Of a stretch of 64,000 bases of DNA, positions 42,201 to 54,200 are shown in pieces. Under the pieces are notes generated by a model, which was not told the DNA's origin, did no database searches, and was given only the letters and a program-made list of their open reading frames with translations. The DNA is from Nemertoderma westbladi (lineage: Eukaryota > Animalia > Xenacoelomorpha), in contig JAUCBJ010006157.1 of assembly GCA_032718475.1 (NCBI GenBank), forward strand, positions 1 through 64,000, written 5' to 3'. A program made the position numbers and the translations under genes. Numbering within the stretch: position 1 is the first letter of the stretch; each line of letters opens with the position of its first letter.

Positions 42201-45200
42201 AAGTTCCTCTACTGCTATCAGTTATCTGGTAGTTCACCGGTAAGTTCCTCTACTGCTATCTGTTATCTGGTAGTTCACCAGTAACTTCCTCTACTGCTAT
42301 CTGTTATCTGATAGTTCACCAGTAAGTTCCTCTACTGCTATCTGTTATCTGGTAGTTCACCAGTAAGTTCCTCAACTGCTATCTGTTATCTGGTAATTCA
42401 CCAGTAAGTTCCTCTACTGCTATCTGTTATCTGGTAGTTCACCAGTACGTCCCTCTACTGCTATCAGTTATCTGGTAGTTCACCAGTAACTTCCTCTACT
42501 GCTATCTGTTGTCTGGTAGTTCACCAGTAACTTCCTCTACTGCTATCTGTTGTCTGGTAGTTCACCAGTAACTTCCTCTACTGCTATCTGTTGTCTGGTA
42601 GTTCACCAGTACTTCCTCTACTGCCATCTGTTATCTGGTAGTTCACCAGTAAGTTCCTCAACTGCTATCTGTTATCTGGTAGTTCACCAGTAAGTTCCTC
42701 AACTGCTATCTGTTATCTGGTAGTTCACCAGTAAGTTCCTCAACTGCTATCTGTTATCTGGTAATTCACCAGTAAGTTCCTCAACTGCTATCAGTTATCT
42801 GGTAGTTCACCAGTAAGTTCCTCAACTGCTATCTGTTATCTGGTAGTTCACCAGTAAGTTCCTCTACTGCTATCAGTTATCTGGTAGTTCACCAGTAAGT
42901 TCCTCAACTGCTATCTGTTATCTGGTAGTTCACCAGTAAGTTCCTCAACTGCTATCTGTTATCTGGTAATTCACCAGTAAGTTCCTCAACTGCTATCTGT
43001 TATCTGGTAATTCACCAGTAAGTTCCTATACTGCTATCTGTTATCTGGTAGTTCACCAGTAAGTTCCTCTACTGCTATCTGTTATCTGGTAGTTCACCAG
43101 TAACTTCCTCTACTGCTATCTGTTATCTGGTAGTTCACCAGTAACTTCCTCTACTGCTATCTGTTATCTGGTAGTTCACCAGTACGTCCCTCTACTGCTA
43201 TCTGTTATCTGGTAATTCACCAGTAAGTTCCTCAACTGCTATCTGTTATCTGGTAATTCACCAGTAAGTTCCTATACTGCTATCTGTTATCTGGTAGTTC
43301 ACCAGTAAGTTCCTCTACTGCTATCTGTTATCTGGTAGTTCACCAGTAACTTCCTCTACTGCTATCTGTTATCTGGTAGTTCACCAGTAACTTCCTCTAC
43401 TGCTATCTGTTATCTGGTAGTTCACCAGTAACTTCCTCTACTGCTATCTGTTATCTGGTAGTTCACCAGTACGTCCCTCTACTGCTATCTGTTGTCTGGT
43501 AGTTCACCAGTAACTTCCTCTACTGCTATCTGTTATCTGGTAGTTCACCAGTAACTTCCTCTACTGCTATCTGTTATCTGGTAGTTCACCTGTACCTTCC
43601 TCTACTGCTATCTGTTATCTGGTAGTTCACCAGTAACTTCCTCTACTGCTATCTGTTATCTGGTAGTTCACCAGTAACTTCCTCTACTGCTATCTGTTAT
43701 CTGGTAGTTCACCAGTAACTTCCTCTACTGCTATCTGTTGTCTGGTAGTTCACCAGTAACTTCCTCTACTGCTATCTGTTATCTGGTAGTTCACCTGTAA
43801 CTTCCTCTACTGCTATCTGTTATCTGGTAGTTCACCAGTACGTCCCTCTACTGCTATCTGTTGTCTGGTAGTTCACCAGTAACTTCCTCTACTGCTATCT
43901 GTTATCTGGTAGTTCACCAGTAACTTCCTCTACTGCTATCTGTTATCTGGTAGTTCACCAGTAACTTCCTCTACTGCTATCTGTTGTCTGGTAGTTCACC
44001 AGTAACTTCCTCTACTGCCATCTGTTATCTGGTAGTTCACCAGTAACTTCTTCTACTGCTATCTGTTATCTGGTAGTTCACCAGTAACTTCCTCTACTGC
44101 TATCTGTTATCTGGTAGTTCACCAGTAACTTCCTCTACTGCTATCTGTTATCTGGTAGTTCACCAGTAAGTTCCTCAACTGCTATCTGTTATCTGGTAGT
44201 TCACCAGTAACTTCCCCTACTGCTATCTGTTGTCTGGTAGTTCACCAGTAAGTTCCTCTACTGCTATCTGTTATCTGGTAGTTCACCAGTAACTTCCTCT
44301 ACTGCCATCTGTTATCTGGTAGTTCACCAGTAACTTCTTCTACTGCTATCTGTTATCTGGTAGTTCACCTGTAACTTCCTCTACTGCTATCTGTTATCTG
44401 GTAATTCACCTGTAAGTCCATCTACTGCTGTCTGGCTGTTTATTTTAAAATTTTCGTGTTAGCCGGTAATTAACTATATTATTATCAGAAAACACTTTAT
44501 TTCATTGTACATTCTTCGTGTTTTGGGTTATAATTATTTTCGTTTTCAGGTGAAACGATACGCCAACTAGCGTCAATATCGGAATCCCTTCTCCTTCACT
44601 ATGATTACATGGTGGTTATTGATGATGTTATTGGCAGTAAGTATAATATTATAATAAACACTAAAGGCGCGCTCGCACTCACCGGTGCGACAGCGGTAAA
44701 CTACCCGTCGATAGGTAGTTTGGTCCCAACCCAAAGGTTCGCGGTGCCGGTAGTTTATCGCTGACGCACCAGTGAATGTGAACGGCAGGTTCGCTAGTTA
44801 ATAATTAAAGTTTAAAATTACCAATGAATTAATGTAGACTGTAATTCAATAGTGTAATCAATAATAAATCATGAATAATAAGTGCGGGAGTCTTATGCCT
44901 TGATATTAAAATATAAATATTACAATTAAATTATTATATCCAATACGCATTTCGGGCGTCACGCCCGTCTTCAGGGCTATTTAAAAACACAACAGAACAA
45001 ATTTAAATAGTGCCCAAATGTTTTAAGTTACAGTAATTAACTGCGATTATTTTATTTTTATTTCAGAAATATTAAATGTAAAATTAAAAACCGAAGAATT
45101 AGTTAGAAGGAAAACGTTAGGAGAATCTCTAACATCTACGGCGGTTCCGGTACCAATTCGGTTAGTAACTGAGATTCCTGTACCAATTCGGTTAGTAACT

Positions 45201-48200
45201 GAGGTTCCTGTACCAATTCGGTTAGTAACTGAGGTTCCTGTACCAATTCGGTTAGTAACTGAGGTTCCTGTACCAATTCGGTTAGTAACTGAGGTTCCTG
45301 TACCAATTCGGTTAGTAACTGAGGTTCCTGTACTAATTCGGTTAGTAACTGAGGTTCCTCTACCAATTCGTTTAGTAACTGAGGTTCCTGTACCAATTCG
45401 TTTAGTAACTGAGGTTCCTGTACCAATTCGGTTAGTAACTGAGTTTCCTGTACCAATTCGGTTAGTAACTGAGGTTCCTGTACCAATTCGGTTAGTAACT
45501 GAGGTTCCTGTACCAATTCGGTTAGTAACTGAGGTTCCTGTACCAATTCGGTTAGTAACTGAGGTTCCTGTACCAATTCGGTTAGTAACTGAGGTTCCTG
45601 TACCAATTCGGTTAGTAACTGAGGTTCCTGTACCAATTCGGTTAGTAACTGAGGTTCCTGTACCAATTCGGTTAGTAACTGAGGTTCCTGTACCAATTCG
45701 GTTAGTAACTGAGGTTCCTGTACCAATTCGGTTAGTAACTGAGGTTCCTCTACCAATTCGTTTAGTAACTGAGGTTCCTGTACCAATTCGGTTAGTAACT
45801 GAAGTTCCTGTACCAATTCGGTTAGTAACTGAGGTTCCTGTACCAATTCGGTTAGTAACTGAGTTTCCTGTACCAATTCGGTTAGTAACTGAGGTTCCTG
45901 TACCAATTCGGTTAGTAACTGAGGTTCCTGTACCAATTCGGTTAGTAACTGAGGTTCCTGTACCAATTCGGTTAGTAACTGAGGTTCCTGTACCAATTCG
46001 GTTAGTAACTGAGTTTCCTGTACCAATTCGGTTAGTAACTGAGGTTCCTATCCCAATTCGGTTAGTAACTGAGGTTCCTGTACCAATTCGGTTAGTAACT
46101 GAGGTTCCTGTACCAATTCGGTTAGTAACTGAGGTTCCTGTACCAATTCGGTTCGTAACTGAGGTTCCTGTACCAATTCGGTTAGTAACTGAGGTTCCTG
46201 TACCAATTCGGTTAGTAACTGAGGTTCCTGTACCAATTCGGTTAGTAACTGAGGTTCATGTACCAATTCGGTTAGTAACTGAGGTTCCTGTACCAATTCG
46301 GTTAGTAACTCAGGTTCCTGTACCAATTCGGATAGTAACTGAGGTTCCTGTACCAATTCGGTTAGTAACTGAGGTTCCTGTACCAATTCGGTTAGTAACT
46401 GAGGTTCCTCTACCAATTCGGTTAGTAACTGAGGTTCCTGTACCAATTCGGTTAGTAACTGAGGTTCCTCTACCAATTCGGTTAGTAACTGAGGTTCCTG
46501 TACCAATTCAGTTAGTAACTGAGGTTCCTGTACCAATTCGGTTAGTAACTGAGGTTCCTGTACCAATTCGGTTAGTAACCTGTACCAATTCGGTTAGTAA
46601 CTGAGGTTCCTGTACCAATTCGGTTAGTAACTGAGGTTCCTGTACCAATTCGGTTAGTAACTGAGGTTCCTGTACCAATTCGGTTAGTAACTGAGGTTCC
46701 TGTACCAATTCGTTTAGTAACTGAGGTTCCTGTACCAATTCGTTTAGTAACTGAGGTTCCTCTACCAATTCGTTTAGTAACTGATGTTCCTGTACCAATT
46801 CGGTTAGTAACTGAGTTTCCTGTACCAATTCGGTCAGTAACTGAGGTTCCTGTACCAATTCGGTTAGTAACTGAGTTTCCTGTACCAATTCGGTTAGTAA
46901 CTGAGGTTCCTGTACCAATTCGGTTAGTAACTGAGTTTCCTGTACCAATTCGGTTAGTAACTGAGGTTCCTGTACCAATTCGGTTAGTAACTGAGGTTCC
47001 TGTACCAATTCGGTTAGTAACTGAGGTTCCTGTACCAATTCAGTCAGTAACTGAGGTTCCTGTACCAATTCGGTTAGTAACTGAGGTTCCTGTACCAATT
47101 CGGTTAGTAACTGAGGTTCCTGTACCAATTCGGTTAGTAACTGAGGTTCCTGTACCAATTCGGTTAGTAACTGAGGTTCCTGTACCAATTCGTTTAGTAA
47201 CTGAGGTTCCTGTACCAATTCAGTTAGTAACTGAGGTTCCTCTACCAATTCGTTTAGTAACTGAGGTTCCTGTACCAATTCGGTTAGTAACTGAGGTTCC
47301 TGTACCAATTCGGTTAGTAACTGAAGTTCCTGTACCAATTCTGGTAGTAACTGGGTTCGTTCCTGTACCAATTCGGTTAAAAACTGAGGTTCCTGTACCA
47401 ATTCGGTTAGTAACTGAGGTTCCTGTACCAATTCTGGTAGTAACTGGGTTCGTTCCTGTACCAATTCGGTTAGTAACTGAGGTTCCTGTACCAATTCGGT
47501 TAGTAACTGAGGTTCCTGTACCAATTCGGTTAGTATCTGAGGTTCCTGTACCAATTCGGTTAGTAACTGAGGTTCCTGTACCAATTCGGTTAGTAACTGA
47601 GGTTCCTGTACCAATTCGGTTAGTAACTGAGGTTCCTCTACCAATTCGTTTAGTAACTGAGGTTCCTGTACCAATTCGGTTAGTAACTGAGGTTCCTGTA
47701 CCAATTCGGTTAGTAACTGAGGTTCCTGTACCAATTCTGGTAGTAACTGGGTTCGTTCCTGTACCAATTCGGTTAGTAACTCAGGTTCCTCTACCAATTC
47801 GTTTAGTAACTGAGGTTCCTGTACCAATTCGGTTAGTAACTGAGGTTCCTGTACCAATTCGGTTAGTAACTGAGGTTCCTGTACCAATTCGGTTAGTAAC
47901 TGAGGTTCCTCTACCAATTCGTTTAGTAACTGAGGTTCCTGTACCAATTCAGTTAGTAACTGAGGTTCCTGTACCAATTCGGTTAGTAACTGAGGTTCCT
48001 GTACCAATTCGGTTAGTAACTGAGGTTTCTGTACCAATTCGGTTAGTAACTCAGGTTCCTCTACCAATTCGTTTAGTAACTGAGGTTCCTGTACCAATTC
48101 AGTTAGTAACTGAGGTTCCTCTACCAATTCGTTTAGTAACTGAGGTTTCTGTACCAATTCGGTTAGTATCTGAGGTTCCTGTACCAATTCGGTTAGTAAC

Positions 48201-51200
48201 TGAGGTTCCTGTACCAATTCGGATATTAACTGAGGTTCCTGTACCAATTCGGTTAGTAACTGAGGTTCCTCTACCAATTCGTTTAGTAACTGAGGTTCCT
48301 GTACCAATTCAGTTAGTAACTGAGGTTCCTCTACCAATTCGTTTAGTAACTGAGGTTTCTGTACCAATTCGGTTAGTATCTGAGGTTCCTGTACCAATTC
48401 GGTTAGTAACTGAGGTTCCTGTACCAATTCGTTTAGTAACTGAGGTTCCTGTACCAATTCAGTTAGTAACTGAGGTTCCTGTACCAATTCGTTTAGTAAC
48501 TGAGGTTCCTATCCCAATTCGGTTAGTAACTGAGGTTCCTGTACCAATTCGGTTAGTAACTGAGGTTCATGTACCAATTCGGTTAGTAACTGAGGTTCCT
48601 CTACCAATTCGGTTAGTAACTGAGGTTCCTGTATCAATTCAGTTAGTAACTGAGGTTCCTGTACCAATTCGGTTAGTAACTGAGGTTCCTGTACCAATTC
48701 GTTTAGTAACTGAGGTTCCTCTACCAATTCGTTTAGTAACTGAGGTTCCTGTACCAATTCGGTTAGTAACTGAGGTTCCTGTACCAATTCGGTTAGTAAC
48801 TGAGGTTCCTGTACCAATTCGTTTAGTAACTGAGGTTCCTGTACCAATTCAGTTAGTAACTGAGGTTCCTCTACCAATTCGTTTAGTAACTGAGGTTCCT
48901 GTACCAATTCGGTTAGTAACTGAGGTTCCTGTACCAATTCGGTTAGTAACTGAAGTTCCTGTACCAATTCTGGTAGTAACTGGGTTCGTTCCTGTACCAA
49001 TTCGGTTAAAAACTGAGGTTCCTGTACCAATTCGGTTAGTAACTGAGGTTCCTGTACCAATTCTGGTAGTAACTGGGTTCGTTCCTGTACCAATTCGGTT
49101 AGTAACTGAGGTTCCTGTACCAATTCGGTTAGTAACTGAGGTTCCTGTACCAATTCGGTTAGTATCTGAGGTTCCTGTACCAATTCGGTTAGTAACTGAG
49201 GTTCCTGTACCAATTCGGTTAGTAACTGAGGTTCCTGTACCAATTCGGTTAGTAACTGAGGTTCCTCTACCAATTCGTTTAGTAACTGAGGTTCCTGTAC
49301 CAATTCGGTTAGTAACTGAGGTTCCTGTACCAATTCGGTTAGTAACTGAGGTTCCTGTACCAATTCTGGTAGTAACTGGGTTCGTTCCTGTACCAATTCG
49401 GTTAGTAACTCAGGTTCCTCTACCAATTCGTTTAGTAACTGAGGTTCCTGTACCAATTCGGTTAGTAACTGAGGTTCCTGTACCAATTCGGTTAGTAACT
49501 GAGGTTCCTGTACCAATTCGGTTAGTAACTGAGGTTCCTCTACCAATTCGTTTAGTAACTGAGGTTCCTGTACCAATTCAGTTAGTAACTGAGGTTCCTG
49601 TACCAATTCGGTTAGTAACTGAGGTTCCTGTACCAATTCGGTTAGTAACTGAGGTTTCTGTACCAATTCGGTTAGTAACTCAGGTTCCTCTACCAATTCG
49701 TTTAGTAACTGAGGTTCCTGTACCAATTCAGTTAGTAACTGAGGTTCCTCTACCAATTCGTTTAGTAACTGAGGTTTCTGTACCAATTCGGTTAGTATCT
49801 GAGGTTCCTGTACCAATTCGGTTAGTAACTGAGGTTCCTGTACCAATTCGGATAGTAACTGAGGTTCCTGTACCAATTCGGTTAGTAACTGAGGTTCCTC
49901 TACCAATTCGTTTAGTAACTGAGGTTCCTGTACCAATTCAGTTAGTAACTGAGGTTCCTCTACCAATTCGTTTAGTAACTGAGGTTTCTGTACCAATTCG
50001 GTTAATATCTGAGGTTCCTGTACCAATTCGGTTAGTAACTGAGGTTCCTGTACCAATTCGTTTAGTAACTGAGGTTCCTGTACCAATTCAGTTAGTAACT
50101 GAGGTTCCTGTACCAATTCGTTTAGTAACTGAGGTTCCTATCCCAATTCGGTTAGTAACTGAGGTTCCTGTACCAATTCGGTTAGTAACTGAGGTTCATG
50201 TACCAATTCGGTTAGTAACTGAGGTTCCTCTACCAATTCGGTTAGTAACTGAGGTTCCTGTATCAATTCAGTTAGTAACTGAGGTTCCTGTACCAATTCG
50301 GTTAGTAACTGAGGTTCCTGTACCAATTCGTTTAGTAACTGAGGTTCCTCTACCAATTCGTTTAGTAACTGAGGTTCCTGTACCAATTCGGTTAGTAACT
50401 GAGGTTCATGTACCAATTCGGTTAGTAACTGAGGTTCCTGTACCAATTCGGTTAGTAACTGAGGTTCCTGTACCAATTCGGTTAGTAACTGAGGTTCGTG
50501 TACCAATTCGGTTAGTAACTGAGGTTCCTCTACCAATTCGGTTAGTAACTGAGGTTGCTGTACCAATTCAGTTAGTAACTGAGGTTCTTGTACCAATTCG
50601 GTTAGTAACTGAGGTTCCTGTACCAATTCGGTTAGTAACCTGTACCAATTCGGTTAGTAACTGAGGTTCCTGTACCAATTCGGTTAGTAACTGAGGTTCC
50701 TGTACCAATTCTGGTAGTAACTGAGGTTCCTGTACCAATTCGGTTAGTAACTGAGGTTCCTGTACCAATTCGGTTAGTAACTGAGGTTCCTGTACCAATT
50801 CGGTTAGTAACTGAGGTTCCTCTACCACTTCTGTTAGTAACTGAGGTTCCTGTACCAATTCGGTTAGTAACTGAGGTTCCTGTACCAATTCGGTTAGTAA
50901 CTGAGGTTCCTGTACCAATTCGGTTAGTAACTGAGGTTCCTCTACCACTTCTGTTAGTAACTGAGGTTCCTGTACCAATTCGGTTAGTAACTGAAACATT
51001 ATTTGTAATTGAAATGATATAGAATGATTATTGTGGCATTAAATAGTACATGGTGATAGCCGTTGTAGTTTAATGTACTTTATATCCCGAGTGTTCACAG
51101 CTTCCGCCCAATTATACTTCCAGACCCATTATTACCTTTAGTGTGATATACCTTCGAAATATAAATTTTGATTCAGCATGTAATATTCTAGATAATAAAC

Positions 51201-54200
51201 GAAATATAAGTTTTGTGAGTTGTAATTTAAACTTATATTTCATTTTTATGTAACAGTAATAAAATGTCAATTAATTTTTCCATTAAATTGCGTTAAATGG
51301 TTCCAAAATTAGTAATGATGTTGTTTTCGGCTATATAAACATAACAATCCTTAACATATCAACTTTTTACCGGCCTGTGTCACACCCCCCACCCCTACCT
51401 AATAATTTTCAAGTTTCAATTAAATTCAACAAAATTTGGTATTATCAAGTTTTTATTTATTTAAAGACAACAAGGCACTAAAATTTGATATTTAGATAGA
51501 GATACCTTTTCACATATTGTTCGGCTTTATTTTTCTTCTTTGGAATTTAATGTAGAAATCATTTGAACTGAGTCGGAATTTCAAGGATTGCCTTGTAAAT
51601 TGTGAGCGGACTATTCAGTTGTGTGAGCGGACTATACAGTTGTGTGAGCAGTATATACAGTTATGTGAGTGGACTATGCAGTTGTGTGAGTGGACTATAC
51701 AGTTGTGTGAGCGGACTATACAGCTGTGTGAGCGGACTATACAGTTGTGTGAGCGAACTATACAGTTGTGTGAGCGGACTATACAGTTGTGTGAGCGGAC
51801 TATACAGTTGTGTGAGCAGTATATACAGTTATGTGAGTGGACTATACAGTTGCGTGAGCGGACTATACAGTTGTGTGAGCGGACTATACAGTTGTGTGAG
51901 CGGACTATACAGTTGTGTGAGTGGACTATACAGTTGTGTGAGCGGACTATACAGTTGTGTGAGCGGACTATACAGTTGTGTGAGCGGACTATACAGTTGT
52001 GTGAGCAGTATATACAGTTATGTGAGTAGACTATACAGTTGTGTGAGTGGACTATACAGTTGTGTGAGCGAACTATACAGTTGTGTGAGCGGACTATACA
52101 GTTGTGTCAGCGGACTATACAGTTGTGTGAGCGAACTATACAGTTGTGTGAGCAGTATATACAGTTATGTGAGTGGACTATACAGTTGTGTGAGTGGACT
52201 ATACAGTTGTGTGAGCGGACTATACAGTTGTGTGAGCGGACTATACCGTTGTGTGAGCGGACTATACAGTTGTGTGAGCGGACTATACAGTTGTGTGAGC
52301 GGACTATACAGTTGTGTGAGTGGACTATACAGTTGTGTGAGCGGACTATACAGTTGTGTGGGCAGACTATTCAGTTGTGTGAGCGGACTTTACAGTTGTG
52401 TGATGGGACTGAATATAAAGTTGTGTGTTCGGACTATACAGTTGTGTGAGCGGACTATACAGTTGTGTGGGCAGACTATTCAGTTGTGTGAGCGGACTTT
52501 ACAGTTGTGTGATGGGACTGAATATAAAGTTGTGTGAGCGGACTATACAGTTGTGTGAACGGTATATACAGTTGTGTGAGCGGACTATACAGTTGTGTGT
52601 TGGGACTGAATATAAACTTGTGTGAGCGGTATATACAGTTGTATGAGCGGTATATACCGTTGTGTGAGCGGTCTATACAGTTGTGTAAGCGGACTATACA
52701 GTTGTGTGAGCGGACTATACAGTTGTGTGAGCGAACTATATAGTTGTGTGAGCGGACTATACAGTTGTGTGAGCGGACTATACAGTTGTGTGATGGGACT
52801 GAATATAAAGTTGTGTGTTCAGACTATACAGTTGTGTGAGCGGACTATACAGTTGTGTGAGCAGACTATTCAGTTGACTACGGCGGATTCAGCGGACTAT
52901 ACAGTTGTGTGATGTGACTGAATATAAAGTGTGTGAGTGGTCTATACAGTTGTGTGAGCGGACTATACAGTTGTGTGATGGGACTGAACATAAAGTTGTG
53001 TGAGCGGACTATAAAGTTGTGTGAGCGGACTATACAGTTGTGTGAGCGGACTATACAGTTCTGTGAGCGGACTATACAGTTGTGTGAGCGGACTATAAAG
53101 TTGCGTGAGCGGATTATAATGTGCTGGTGATCTGACTATAAAGTTATGGTGAGAGCTCTATCTATTTCTGGTGAGCGGAATATAAAGTTCGGGTGAGCGG
53201 ACTATAAAGTTCTTGTGGACTGACTATAAAGTTTTGGTGAGCGGACTGTGAAGTTGTGTGAGCGGACTATAATGTTGTGTAAGCGGACTATAAATTTGTG
53301 TGAGCGGACTATAAAGTTGTGTGAGCGGACTATAAAGTTGTGTGAGTGGACCATAAAGTTCTGGTTAGGGGACTGTTCTTTTATGTAGGTCAACTTGAAA
53401 GGGGATACTGTTGCCGAAAATTAAACTAATTTATATGGCCAGTATATGTTTTATTTTTTTTATTACAACAAAAGGTTGACATGCGCTGGAAGCCTTTCCG
53501 CCTATTGGGGCGTCTCCAAATTCCATGATGACGGATTGAAAGTTAATTAATATAAAACTAAAAGTGTTTAAATTTTACAAGAAAATTAAATAGTGAATGA
53601 TAAATTAACAACATTTACATATATATTATCTTTGTTTAGGGGGCGTGGTACTTGGGAAGGCATTCTTCTTAATTCAATAAAGATTCAGCGAAATTCCTTA
53701 CAAACTGAATTAATCGTAGAATCCAAATCAAAATCCGAAATAAAAACTCCGAAATCGAAATCGCTGCAGTCTGGTGTTACTGAATCACAAGAACCATCGG
53801 TTGACTCATCTGAGAGCATCAGATCGCCCGAACTGCACACAATGAAGCAAACAAAAGCACACGAAGCAGTAGTCAAAGCCAGGGAATCGGCGTTACAGGT
53901 AAGACTGACTACTGATCAGTTAGTAGCAAGGCCTACTGTACTGTAGGCCTACTGTTAGTACAGTAGGCCTTGGTTAGTAGTGAGGGACGCATTGGTTCTA
54001 CAGTAGGACTGACTACTGATCAGTTAGTAGTGAGGGACGCATTGGTTCTAGGACTGACTACTGATCAGTTAGTAGTGAGGGACGCATTGGTTCTAGGACT
54101 GACTACTGATCAGTTAGTAGTGAGGGACGCATTGGTTCTAGGACTGACTACTGATCAGTTAGTAGTGAGGGACGCATTGGTTCTAGGACTGACTACTGAT

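Noticed and set aside
45136-50999. Minus-strand ORFs of ELVQEPQLLT repeats
   Set aside because: Antisense reading of the 30-bp array, with no unique N- or C-terminal sequence and interruptions by stops and frameshifts.
51598-51610. aattgtgagcgga, identical to the left part of the lac operator
   Set aside because: Chance match at the edge of the 21-bp repeat; the rest of the operator and any vector sequence are absent.
51602-53130. Cys-rich ORFs (CVSGLYS / CERTIQL repeats)
   Set aside because: Translations of a 21-bp intronic minisatellite, open in several frames, with no supported splice or start context.
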